UHGV virus genome: UHGV-1522278 | Origin: a virus | DNA length: 54,320 nt | Strand: one strand, 5' to 3' | Shown: in pieces, positions 44,839 to 54,143 of the stretch | How positions within the stretch are numbered: position 1 is the first letter of the stretch | How the letters are laid out: each line of letters begins with the position of its first letter | Program-made: the position numbers and the translations under genes | The notes under the pieces: generated by a model | Databases searched by the model: none | What the model saw: the letters and a program-made list of their open reading frames with translations, nothing else | Told to the model about the DNA's origin: nothing

Positions 44839-47800
44839 ATGAGTAGCGGCGGCGGCAAAGCCAAAACACCAACATTATTAAACGATAACCTGTTTCATAA
44901 ACAGTTTTATCGTGTTTTGGACATTCTCAGCGAAGGCCCAATCTACGGCCCTGTAAACCAGAAAGCGCCATTAAACAGCGTAATGCTTAATGACAGCCCA
45001 ATCACTGACGCCAACGGCGGCACATCGGTCCCTGGCGTTAGCGTGGCGTGGCGTAATGGTACGGCTGACCAGTCACCAATCAACGGCTTCAACGCCATTG
45101 AATCAACCGTTATTGTTAACGCAAAAGTGACTCACGATACGCCAATAATCAGGACTGTTTCAGATCCAAACGTTAACCGCGTAAGGCTGAATCTTGGCGT
45201 TGATTCTCTGGTTCAGTCAGATGATAAGGGCAATCAATACAATACATCTGTTGTGTTGATGGTTGATGTTAAGCCATCATCGTCAACAACGTGGTCACTG
45301 GTCAAAGATATTACCATTGGCCCTGGTAAACAAAGCGGCGAGTATATGGAAGCGCACATCATCCAAGCGCCGGATGAAAAACCGTTTGATATTCGCGTTC
45401 GTCGCGTAACGCCAGACAGTAAAAGCGATCTACTTCGCAATGACACCAGGTGGAGCAGTTACAGCGAGATAATAGACGATAACTTGTCTTATCCCCATAC
45501 CGCTGTAGCAGGCGCGGTAATTGACCACGATCAGTATACCGACACGCCGACACGCACCTATCACATGCGCGGCCTGATTGTTGACGTGCCTGATAACTAC
45601 GACCCGGAAACACGCACATACTCAGGTTTATGGCTTGGTGGCTTCAAAAAGGCATACACCAACAACCCTGCATGGCTTTTCCGGTATCTGGTGAAAAATG
45701 AACGCTTCGGGCTTACCCGCCACGCCGGTTACATTGACGTTGATGATGGCGCATTATATGTGCTTTCTCAATACTGCGACCAGTTGGTAAACGACGGTTA
45801 CGGCGGCCTTGAACCACGCATGACGCTTAACGCTTACATCACTGAGCAAATTAGCGCCCGCGACTTGCTGGACAACATTGCAGGCATGTTCCGTGGTATC
45901 GCGTTATGGGACGGGCAGCGCCTTACGGTGATGATTGATGCACCGCAAGATCCAATTGCCACCATCACGAATGCAAACGTCGTTGATGGCGCATTTACTC
46001 GTTCAAGTATCGCCCGCGCGGAATCTTACAACGCTGTGATTGTGTCATGGACTGACCCGGAAAACGGTTGGGAACAATCAAAAGAATACGTAGCAGATGA
46101 TGAACTGATCGCCCGCGATGGTTACAACGAAACCACTTTGGAGGCTTTTGGTTGCACGTCACGCGGGCAGGCGTACCGCGCTGGCAAATGGCTGATAGAA
46201 ACAGCAAAACGCGAACCCTCAAAATTCACGTTTAAAATGGCCCGTGACGCGATTCACTTCACCCCAGGGGATATTATCGAGATACTCGACAATAACCGCG
46301 CTGGCGCTCGTTTAGGTGGTCGCATCGTGGCGAATAACGGGAAAGTGATAACCGTAGACAAGGTTGATTCTGACCTGGTGGCGGCTGGTGACACTATCAG
46401 CTTACTGGACAGCGACGGTAAGTTTAAAAAACATCAGATCACTGGGGTTAACGGAAACAATATTACCCTTGCGGCAGCGCCCGCATGGATTCGTAACGGA
46501 ACCGTATTTGCCGTTTCAACTGAATCCGCAAAACCTGTTCTGTGCCGAATTACCAGCGTAGCGGAAACCGAAAATAACAGCGTGTACACCATTGAGGCTG
46601 CACAGCACGATCCTCACAAACAGGCTGTAGTTGATGAAGGCGCAATCTTCGAGGTAAACAACGACACGCTTAATCACTTCCGCGTGCCGAACATTGAAAA
46701 TCTGAAGGTGTTAAATGTTGGTTCTGAAACTGTTCAATGTCGCGCAACATGGGAAACACAGACGACAACGCATCGCCTGACCTTTGAAATCCGCGTATAT
46801 AACACCGAAGGCCGCATTGTGGCAACTTATGAAACCACGAATTACCGCTATGATTTTTATGGCCTCGACGCTGGCAGCTACACGCTTGGTATTCGCGGGC
46901 GTAATGACACTGGCATGAAGGGTGCGGAAAGTATTGTAGACCTGGTTATTGGTGCGCCAGCGGCCCCGATTGGAGTCAATTGGGTTCCAGGTGTCTTCCA
47001 GGCAACGGTATATCCGATCAGCAAAACAACCCTTACCACTGATACGGCATATGATTTCTACTACTCAGGTGAAAATCAGATCACAGATCCATCAAAAGTA
47101 ACCACGCTGGCGCAATTCACCGGGCGCGGCTACCAATGGACTTTTGGCGGTATGAATACGGGACACACTTATTACGTCTATGTGCGCACGCGTAATGCCT
47201 TTGGTGTGTCAGACTTCGTTGAGGCATCAGGTAAACCGACTGAAAACTTCGACGAAATCAGCGACTACGTGATGAAGGATGTCATGGAGTCAGAACAATT
47301 CAAGGACATGATTGGCGACATTAAAGATCTTGGCGACCGTGCCGACCTTATCGAAAGCGCTACAAATGACCTTAAAAACGCTACTGACAACCTCAAAACT
47401 GCAACTGACACCCTGACAAACGTCACTGACGAATTGAGGACTGATACTGACAACCTGACAAACATCACTGAGGATTTAAGGACTGACACTGACAGCTTAA
47501 TCACAGAAACAGGAGTCATAAAAGCTGACACGGACACACTGAAAAAAGAAACGGAAGATCTCTACAAAAAAGTTAAAGAGAACGCCGATGATATTGGTCA
47601 GCATGAGTCCAGAATCGACTTATTAGAAGTGTCAAGCGAAAAAGTTGACAGCGAACTGGCGCAGGCAAAAGCAAGCCTGCAAAACGCTTCATTGGCGCTT
47701 ATCAACAACTCGCTTGCACAGACAAACACGCGCGTAACCCTTACCGCCCAGTATAAGAAAGGCATGACGGAAACGAAAGCGGAAATTGACCGTATTGACA

Positions 47801-50280
47801 ACGTTATCGCTGAAGAGAAAAAAGCGACAGCGGAATCACTGGAAACCATCACGGCAGAAATGAACACGATGGATTCCAACCTTAAAGGTCAGATTTCCAG
47901 CGTGGAACGTGCAGTGGCTGACGAGGCCAGCGCACGCGCCGAAGCTATTAACGGTGTGAACGCCTCAATAGACAATCTCGACAAGAAAACTGACGCCAGC
48001 GTTAAACGTCTGGACCAGGCAATCGCCGATGAATCGAGCGCGCGCACCCAGGCTGTCAGCGACGTTAACGCAAGCATTTCAGCACTTGACAAGAAAACTG
48101 ACGCCAGCGTTAAACGCCTTGATCAAGCTATTGCAGACGAAACAAGCGCACGCGCCGAAGCTATCAATGGGGTAAATGCCTCAGTATCAGCACTTGATAA
48201 GAAAACCGATTCAAGCATAAGCCGCCTTGATAAAGCTATTGCCGACGAAACGAGCGCGAGAACCGAAGCCATCAATGGTGTGAAGGCATCAATCTCCACA
48301 CTTGACGGCAAGGTAACAAGTAACGTTAATCGCCTTGATAAAGCTATTACAGACGAAACTAAGGCACGCACTGACGCTATCAGCAGCGTTAATGCAAGCA
48401 TCAGCACGCTTGAAAGCAACACTGAATCAGAGGTGAACAGACTCGACCAGGCCATCGCTGACGAGGCCAGCGCACGCGCACAGGCCATCAGTGGCGTGAA
48501 GGCATCGATAGACACCCTTGATAAGAAAACAGACGCCAGCGTTTCCCGTCTTGATAAAGCGATAGCAGACGAAACTCAGGCAAGAAGCGCCGCAATAACA
48601 GATGTTAAGGCTGATTTGACAACGCTCGAAAACAGCACAAACGCCAGCGTCAAACGCCTTGACCAGGCGATTGCTGACGAATCAAGTGCCCGCGCTGAAG
48701 CAATATCAGGCATTAACGCAGAGATCGGCAGCATCGAAAACAACGTTGACAAAAACAGCGATGATATAAATCAGACCAAAGCAAGCCTGCAAAACGCTTC
48801 ATTGGCGCTTATCAACAACTCGCTTGCACAGACAAACACGCGCGTAACCCTTACCGCCCAGTATAAGAAAGGTCGCAAGGAAACAAACGCGCAGATTGAT
48901 CGTATTGACAGTGTTATCGCTGAAGAGAAAAAGGCTACAGCCGAAGCAATTGGCGTGGTAAAAGCATCGATCACCGATCTTGACAAGAAAACAGACGCCA
49001 GCGTTTCCCGCCTTGACAGAGCGATTGCAGACGAAACAAGCGCACGCAGCGAGGCTATCAGCGGCGTGAACGCATCAATTTCCACCATTGATAGTAATGT
49101 GAAAAGCAATATTACCAGGATGGATAAGGCTATCGCCGACGAAACAAAAGCACGCGCAGACGCAATAAGCGGCCTTAATGCATCGCTTACCAGTACGATC
49201 ACCTCGAAAGTATCTGAGGTATCAACGGCACTGGCTACGCATGAGGAATCAAGCGCTGAAAAATTCAGCCAGATCTCAGCGTCATTCGAACTAGTAGACG
49301 CAAGTATCACTGAATGGTCGCAGGCGATGGCTACGGCTGACGAGGCGTTATCAACGAAAATCGATCAGCTAACAGTGACCGTTAACGGGAATAAGACGGC
49401 AATAGAAACGACATCTAAAGCATTGACCGACTTCAAGGGCAATGTTGATGCGTCGTACTCTATCAAGCTGGCGACCGACAACAACGGAATGAAATACGCA
49501 ACAGGTATGTCGCTTGGCCTCACTGGTGACGGCACTAACTTTCAGTCGCAGTGTATTTTCCTTGTTGACCGTTTCGTGTTAATGACCGCAGCAAACGGCA
49601 CATATACAACGCCTTTCTATGTCACCAATGGCGCAATGTATGTAAGAGAAGCGTTTATTAAGGACGGAACTATCAACTCCGCCAAAATAGCTGATCGAAT
49701 ACAGTCAGTTAATTACAGCTGGGAAAACGGTACAGGATGGGCGATAGATAAAGCCGGTGACGCAGTATTTAACCAGGTAACCGTAAGGGGTACGGTATAC
49801 GCTTATGCTGGTGTGTTTAACGGTACTGTTTACGCAACTGGCGGTAAATTTACTGGAGCAGTTGAAGCTACAAGTTTTGTTGGTGACGTGGCAAGTATGT
49901 CAGTGATAAACGAGGATGTATTTCCGTCAATGAGGGGAAATGGCAGCAGGCGCGTTTCGAAAACTTATCTTGATTCAAGTTCATCAAGTTTATCAAAAAC
50001 AGTTTACGTTATGATTCCGTATGATTTGTCATACCATACATATAGTGAATCTTCTCGCATCAATGTAACTATAAATATAAGCGGACACACAAAAACAATT
50101 AATATAGAAAGGCCAGCATCAGGCCAAGCAATGTCATCTGTCGCGGTGCACTGTGTATCTGGCCTCACATACCCAACAATTACAGTCGAGGTGACGGAAA
50201 ACTTTACCAATACATCTAATGCAGCAATAAGAAAACCAGGTTTAATACTTATAACAAGAAGTTCAGGAACATGGATATAA
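44839..50280 (+). CDS. J: host-specificity / central tail fibre protein J-like, extended by a long coiled-coil repeat domain
   Basis: 1813 aa; N-terminal two-thirds J-like; aa about 1020-1450 are about 11 tandem 37-aa repeats (LDKKTDASVKRLDQAIADE.SAR.EAI.GVNASI); distinct C-terminal domain. Confidence 0.85.
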   Translation: MSSGGGKAKTPTLLNDNLFHKQFYRVLDILSEGPIYGPVNQKAPLNSVMLNDSPITDANGGTSVPGVSVAWRNGTADQSPINGFNAIESTVIVNAKVTHDTPIIRTVSDPNVNRVRLNLGVDSLVQSDDKGNQYNTSVVLMVDVKPSSSTTWSLVKDITIGPGKQSGEYMEAHIIQAPDEKPFDIRVRRVTPDSKSDLLRNDTRWSSYSEIIDDNLSYPHTAVAGAVIDHDQYTDTPTRTYHMRGLIVDVPDNYDPETRTYSGLWLGGFKKAYTNNPAWLFRYLVKNERFGLTRHAGYIDVDDGALYVLSQYCDQLVNDGYGGLEPRMTLNAYITEQISARDLLDNIAGMFRGIALWDGQRLTVMIDAPQDPIATITNANVVDGAFTRSSIARAESYNAVIVSWTDPENGWEQSKEYVADDELIARDGYNETTLEAFGCTSRGQAYRAGKWLIETAKREPSKFTFKMARDAIHFTPGDIIEILDNNRAGARLGGRIVANNGKVITVDKVDSDLVAAGDTISLLDSDGKFKKHQITGVNGNNITLAAAPAWIRNGTVFAVSTESAKPVLCRITSVAETENNSVYTIEAAQHDPHKQAVVDEGAIFEVNNDTLNHFRVPNIENLKVLNVGSETVQCRATWETQTTTHRLTFEIRVYNTEGRIVATYETTNYRYDFYGLDAGSYTLGIRGRNDTGMKGAESIVDLVIGAPAAPIGVNWVPGVFQATVYPISKTTLTTDTAYDFYYSGENQITDPSKVTTLAQFTGRGYQWTFGGMNTGHTYYVYVRTRNAFGVSDFVEASGKPTENFDEISDYVMKDVMESEQFKDMIGDIKDLGDRADLIESATNDLKNATDNLKTATDTLTNVTDELRTDTDNLTNITEDLRTDTDSLITETGVIKADTDTLKKETEDLYKKVKENADDIGQHESRIDLLEVSSEKVDSELAQAKASLQNASLALINNSLAQTNTRVTLTAQYKKGMTETKAEIDRIDNVIAEEKKATAESLETITAEMNTMDSNLKGQISSVERAVADEASARAEAINGVNASIDNLDKKTDASVKRLDQAIADESSARTQAVSDVNASISALDKKTDASVKRLDQAIADETSARAEAINGVNASVSALDKKTDSSISRLDKAIADETSARTEAINGVKASISTLDGKVTSNVNRLDKAITDETKARTDAISSVNASISTLESNTESEVNRLDQAIADEASARAQAISGVKASIDTLDKKTDASVSRLDKAIADETQARSAAITDVKADLTTLENSTNASVKRLDQAIADESSARAEAISGINAEIGSIENNVDKNSDDINQTKASLQNASLALINNSLAQTNTRVTLTAQYKKGRKETNAQIDRIDSVIAEEKKATAEAIGVVKASITDLDKKTDASVSRLDRAIADETSARSEAISGVNASISTIDSNVKSNITRMDKAIADETKARADAISGLNASLTSTITSKVSEVSTALATHEESSAEKFSQISASFELVDASITEWSQAMATADEALSTKIDQLTVTVNGNKTAIETTSKALTDFKGNVDASYSIKLATDNNGMKYATGMSLGLTGDGTNFQSQCIFLVDRFVLMTAANGTYTTPFYVTNGAMYVREAFIKDGTINSAKIADRIQSVNYSWENGTGWAIDKAGDAVFNQVTVRGTVYAYAGVFNGTVYATGGKFTGAVEATSFVGDVASMSVINEDVFPSMRGNGSRRVSKTYLDSSSSSLSKTVYVMIPYDLSYHTYSESSRINVTINISGHTKTINIERPASGQAMSSVAVHCVSGLTYPTITVEVTENFTNTSNAAIRKPGLILITRSSGTWI
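47668..47762 (+). repeat. exact 95-bp direct repeat, copy 1 (inside J)
   Basis: identical to 48778-48872; similarity continues with mismatches for about 100 bp more. Confidence 0.8.
47896..49200 (+). repeat. degenerate tandem coding repeats (about 111-bp unit, about 11 copies) inside J
   Basis: periodic repetition of GACAAGAAAACTGACGCCAGCGTTAAACG...ATTGC(A/C)GACGAA-type units; in-frame coding, not CRISPR. Confidence 0.6.
48778..48872 (+). repeat. exact 95-bp direct repeat, copy 2 (inside J)
   Basis: identical to 47668-47762. Confidence 0.8.
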
Positions 50281-50285
50281 AAAAC

Positions 50286-50313
50286 AACCCCGCTTCGCGC
50301 GGGGTTTTCTTTT
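50286..50313. terminator. bidirectional rho-independent terminator between J and the lipoprotein gene
   Basis: AACCCCGC-ttcgc-GCGGGGTT followed by TTTCTTTT. Confidence 0.6.
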
Positions 50314-50560
50314 AGTAGTTAGCTACACAGTTAGAAGGGCTACCGATGCGGCGCATGTTGTGATCGAGTTCGTGACACCATTGACCAGTATATGGCAGTT
50401 TTTCAGTGTCATAGACTAGATGCCCGCCACCATCATAAACAACATCTTGCGGAATTACTCCACTATTCGGCAGGTTATGCAATGCAGCCTCTTTGTCAAC
50501 AGAGCAACCAGTAAGAGCAACAGCCGCAGCGAACAAAACCACTTTGAACACGTTTTTCAT
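50312..50560 (-). CDS. lipoprotein, candidate Cor-like superinfection-exclusion protein
   Basis: 82 aa; signal peptide plus lipobox (MKNVFKVVLFAAAVALTGC); convergent with and immediately downstream of J. Confidence 0.7.
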   Translation of the reverse strand: MKNVFKVVLFAAAVALTGCSVDKEAALHNLPNSGVIPQDVVYDGGGHLVYDTEKLPYTGQWCHELDHNMRRIGSPSNCVANY

Positions 50561-50737
50561 TTTTGAACCCTCATTCTTGTTTGTTAATCCGGTTCACCCG
50601 GTGACTTAAATATCCGGCAAAACCACATTTCGTATATTGACACAGATCAACAAATACATTTTGTGTAAGCAGAAAATGCAACACAGATCACAAAATGGTA
50701 GAATTATTCCGTTAATTAACAAAATGGAGTCATCGAG

Positions 50738-53700
50738 ATGATTTACACAACTGGAACAATTGCCATCAGCGGCAATACTGTTACAGGCACGGGCACAAAC
50801 TTTTCCGCGCCGCTTTCTCTTATTCGTGTAGGTTGCACGCTCATTGCTGTTGGCAACCCTGTACAGATCTTTACCATCACGGAAATCAAAAGTGGTACTG
50901 AACTGTCAGTGACGCCAGCGGCTAACCCCGCCATCCCTGCCGGGACAAAATTTAGCATCCTGCTATCTGACTCGATCTCAGTTGATGGGCTTGCTCAGGA
51001 CGTGGCTGAAACCCTGCGTTACTACCAGAGCAAAGAAACAGAAATCGCCTCCGCTGTAGAGTGGTGGGAAGATTTCGGCGGCGAAGGTCAGTTGGATCAG
51101 CTTCTTACCAACATTCGCGCAGAAACAGCACAATCAACCGCCAACGCTCAAAAAACAGAAACTGACAAAAACGCAGCAGAAGCGTCAAAAACAGCGGCTG
51201 CAAAATCTGCCACAGCAGCGAAAACATCAGAAACTAACGCTAAGGCAAGCGAGACGGCAGCGAAAACAAGCGAAACCAACGCCAAAACATCAGAGAACAG
51301 GGCGCAAGAATATCTGAATCAGATAATAAGGTCTAACAACGCATTGGTACAATGCAATTGGCCTGTTACAACTGAAGCCTTTGCCCGTTATGTGAAGATC
51401 GCTAAACTAACCGATCCGGGTGCAGTAAGCTGCCATTTAACACTAATGATCGCCAATGGCGGTAACTACGGTACAAGTTACGGGAATATTGACTTTGTAG
51501 AGATCTCCGCTCGCGGTCTTAGCGATGTGGAAAGCATAACCAGTGAAAATATAACTAAATTTTTAAGTGTTCGCCGCCTCGGATCGCCTAACCTTGCTAA
51601 TGACAACCAAATGCGTTACGGCCTGGTTAAAGGTGACGGCTATATCGAGGTCTGGTGCTACCAGCGAGCTTTTATTAAAGAAACAAAGGTTGCGATACTG
51701 GCACAGACTGGCAGAACTGAATTATACATTCCTGAAGGGTATGTCGTTCAGGAAGCCGAACCCGCTGGATATGTTGAAAGCCCAGCAGCAAGGATTTACG
51801 ATCAGGTAAACAAACCAAGCAAGGCAGACTTAGGCCTTTCTAATGCTATGCTTATAGGCGCTTTTGGTCTTGGCGGCAGCGGTCCGTCATCAAACGGCAT
51901 GATGAGCAATACAGAGCTATTAAAAGCACTGCGTGCAAAAGGTAGTCATTTCTGGCGTGCTGATAAGCCTGACGGAAGCACAGCGACACATTACGCCCAC
52001 GGTTCTGGTATATTCTCTCGGTGCGGTGATACATGGTCGGCGATCAACATAGAATACGAAAATGCCAGAGTTAAGATTTTCGCTGGCAATGATAACAAAC
52101 TTGAAACTGCAACTTATGCCGTAAATGAGCTATACGGAACCAAAAATAAGCCGTCGAAATCTGACGTTGGACTTGGCAACGTAACTAATGATGCGCAGGT
52201 GAAAAAATCCGGCGATATTATGTCTGGCGACCTGGCGGTCTATAAAGATACTCCGTCACTATTCCTTAGGGCAAAAGATGGAGCAGGTGCTGCCGCTGTG
52301 CGGTTTTTCACTGATCAAAACCTGGAGCGCGGCATAATCTATGCTATTCAAAACACTGATACGCTTGGAGAAGTTCGCATTAGGGCTAAAAACGCAAAAG
52401 GTGAAACAAACGGTGATCTTGTTGTTCGCCACAACGGGGTGGTTGAGGTTCAGAATCTCACAGCGGCTAAAAAAGTAAAAAGCGTAAACGCAGAGCTTGC
52501 AAACACATCAACTAACACGCTTGAGAACACGTTAAAAATCAGCGGTCAACAGCATACTCCATTACTTTTAACGCGTACCGGTTATACTGAAAACCTATCC
52601 ATTGGCTTTAAGGTTGACAACCTTGATCAAAAATATCTCGGAATCAATGGCAGTGGAGATCTAGCTTTTGGTAAAAATGCTGATCATAAACAAAACAGCA
52701 GAGTGATTACGCAAGCAATACTGGATAGCGGGGTGACGGTAGGCGGCAAAACAACATTTTCTGACCTTGCCACATTTAACGCAGGTATGGCTGGAGCAAT
52801 TGAGCCTGAAAGCATTTCTGAAGTGGCTGTTGATCTTAATAATCTGACCATAAAAGGCACAGATAAAGGTTCAGTTAAATACTATCACTGCAGAACTGCC
52901 GGAGGCGGTGCAAATATTACCAATAAGCCTGCTGGCATAGGTGGTAACTTTTTGCTTCGTGTAGAGTCAATTCGTAAGATCACGGATTCAGATTATACAA
53001 ACTTGCAAACCCTTGTTGGCACAGACACAAAACAAATATACGTTCGCTATTGTGAAAATGGCAATTGGTCTGCATGGAGTCAGATTGTTGTTTCAGGAAG
53101 AAATCAGGATGTAACCGTCAGGTCGTTAACCTCGACGACTCCATCAAAATTAGGTGGCGGGCGTATTGATGTGCTTGGGAGTACGTCAGATTATAACAGC
53201 ATGAATTGTACCGTGCGCGGTGTTGATAGCAGCGGAACTAATTCTGCGTGGTCAGTAGGCACATCAGTAGACACTGGCAAAATGTTGTTCCTGAAAAACC
53301 ACAGAAGCAGCGCTCAAGTGCTGTTAAATGGCGATGACGGCGCGGTTCAACTACTAAGCGGTACTGTCAACGGTGCTACAGCACAGGCGCTAACCATCAA
53401 CAAAGATGAGGTTAACTCAACTGCTGATTTAGTAATTAGAAAACAAACAGGGACTGGCAATCGTTTTGTTTTACAGAACGCAGGTAATGCAGAACTACCG
53501 TTTTCTGTCAGTGTGTGGGGTTCCAGTACTCGACAAAACGTTTTTGAGGTTGCCACGTCTGCTGCGTATCTGTTTTATGCGCAAAAAACGTCAGCAGGCC
53601 AGTTGTTTGATGTAAATGGCGCTATTAATTGCACAACGCTGAATCAGTCATCAGACCGCGACCTTAAAGACGATATTCTCGTTATCAGCGACGCGACGAA

Positions 53701-54064
53701 AGCAATCCGTAAAATGAACGGATACACCTACACGCTCAGGGAAAACGGGATGCCTTATGCTGGCGTTATTGCACAGGAAGTAATGGAGGCGCTACCGGAA
53801 GCCGTAGGATCGTTTACTCGTTACGGTGAAGAATTGCAGGGTCCGACCATTGATGGCAACGAGCTACGCGAAGAAACGCGTTACCTCAATGTTGATTATG
53901 CGGCGGTGACTGGTTTACTTGTCCAGGTGGCACGCGAAACGGATAACCGCGTCACCAAACTGGAAGAGGAAAACGCCAGCCTGAAAGCTAACATTGCCGC
54001 AATGGATGAGCGTATCGCAAAACTTGAAGCGCTTGTCAGTCAGTTGACCGGAAGCGAAGAATAA
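50738..54064 (+). CDS. side tail fibre protein with C-terminal intramolecular chaperone (S74-type) domain
   Basis: 1108 aa; Thr/Ala-rich SETNAK-type repeats near the N-terminus; C-terminal about 120 aa resemble the self-cleaving chaperone domain and end in a coiled coil. Confidence 0.85.
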   Translation: MIYTTGTIAISGNTVTGTGTNFSAPLSLIRVGCTLIAVGNPVQIFTITEIKSGTELSVTPAANPAIPAGTKFSILLSDSISVDGLAQDVAETLRYYQSKETEIASAVEWWEDFGGEGQLDQLLTNIRAETAQSTANAQKTETDKNAAEASKTAAAKSATAAKTSETNAKASETAAKTSETNAKTSENRAQEYLNQIIRSNNALVQCNWPVTTEAFARYVKIAKLTDPGAVSCHLTLMIANGGNYGTSYGNIDFVEISARGLSDVESITSENITKFLSVRRLGSPNLANDNQMRYGLVKGDGYIEVWCYQRAFIKETKVAILAQTGRTELYIPEGYVVQEAEPAGYVESPAARIYDQVNKPSKADLGLSNAMLIGAFGLGGSGPSSNGMMSNTELLKALRAKGSHFWRADKPDGSTATHYAHGSGIFSRCGDTWSAINIEYENARVKIFAGNDNKLETATYAVNELYGTKNKPSKSDVGLGNVTNDAQVKKSGDIMSGDLAVYKDTPSLFLRAKDGAGAAAVRFFTDQNLERGIIYAIQNTDTLGEVRIRAKNAKGETNGDLVVRHNGVVEVQNLTAAKKVKSVNAELANTSTNTLENTLKISGQQHTPLLLTRTGYTENLSIGFKVDNLDQKYLGINGSGDLAFGKNADHKQNSRVITQAILDSGVTVGGKTTFSDLATFNAGMAGAIEPESISEVAVDLNNLTIKGTDKGSVKYYHCRTAGGGANITNKPAGIGGNFLLRVESIRKITDSDYTNLQTLVGTDTKQIYVRYCENGNWSAWSQIVVSGRNQDVTVRSLTSTTPSKLGGGRIDVLGSTSDYNSMNCTVRGVDSSGTNSAWSVGTSVDTGKMLFLKNHRSSAQVLLNGDDGAVQLLSGTVNGATAQALTINKDEVNSTADLVIRKQTGTGNRFVLQNAGNAELPFSVSVWGSSTRQNVFEVATSAAYLFYAQKTSAGQLFDVNGAINCTTLNQSSDRDLKDDILVISDATKAIRKMNGYTYTLRENGMPYAGVIAQEVMEALPEAVGSFTRYGEELQGPTIDGNELREETRYLNVDYAAVTGLLVQVARETDNRVTKLEEENASLKANIAAMDERIAKLEALVSQLTGSEE

Positions 54065-54094
54065 TAGGTGATGTGCGAAGAACATCGCCGCGCG

Positions 54095-54121
54095 AAACGA
54101 GGCTTACGCCTCGTTTCTTTT
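54095..54121 (+). terminator. rho-independent terminator after the tail fibre gene
   Basis: AAACGAGGC-tta-CGCCTCGTTT followed by CTTTTT. Confidence 0.6.
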
Positions 54122-54143
54122 TGTGTACCAAATTGTGACCAAA
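54122..54143. repeat. candidate attR core (partner of 231-252)
   Basis: TGTGTACCAAATtGTGACCAAA, 21/22 identical to the left-end copy. Confidence 0.4.

Larger units (their letters stand above)
231..54143 (+). mobile_element. complete temperate prophage (siphovirus-type, lambdoid mosaic), about 53.9 kb
   Basis: integrase, excisionase, repressor, replication, recombination, lysis, terminase, head and tail modules all present in order; flanked by a 22-bp direct repeat. Confidence 0.7.

Noticed and set aside
47265-49310. Multiple minus-strand ORFs (about 60-180 aa) and periodic repeats inside the J gene; considered CRISPR-like repeats or antisense genes
   Set aside because: The repeats are in-frame coding repeats of the plus-strand J protein (degenerate 111-bp units without unique spacers); the minus-strand ORFs are low-complexity mirror frames with no RBS.
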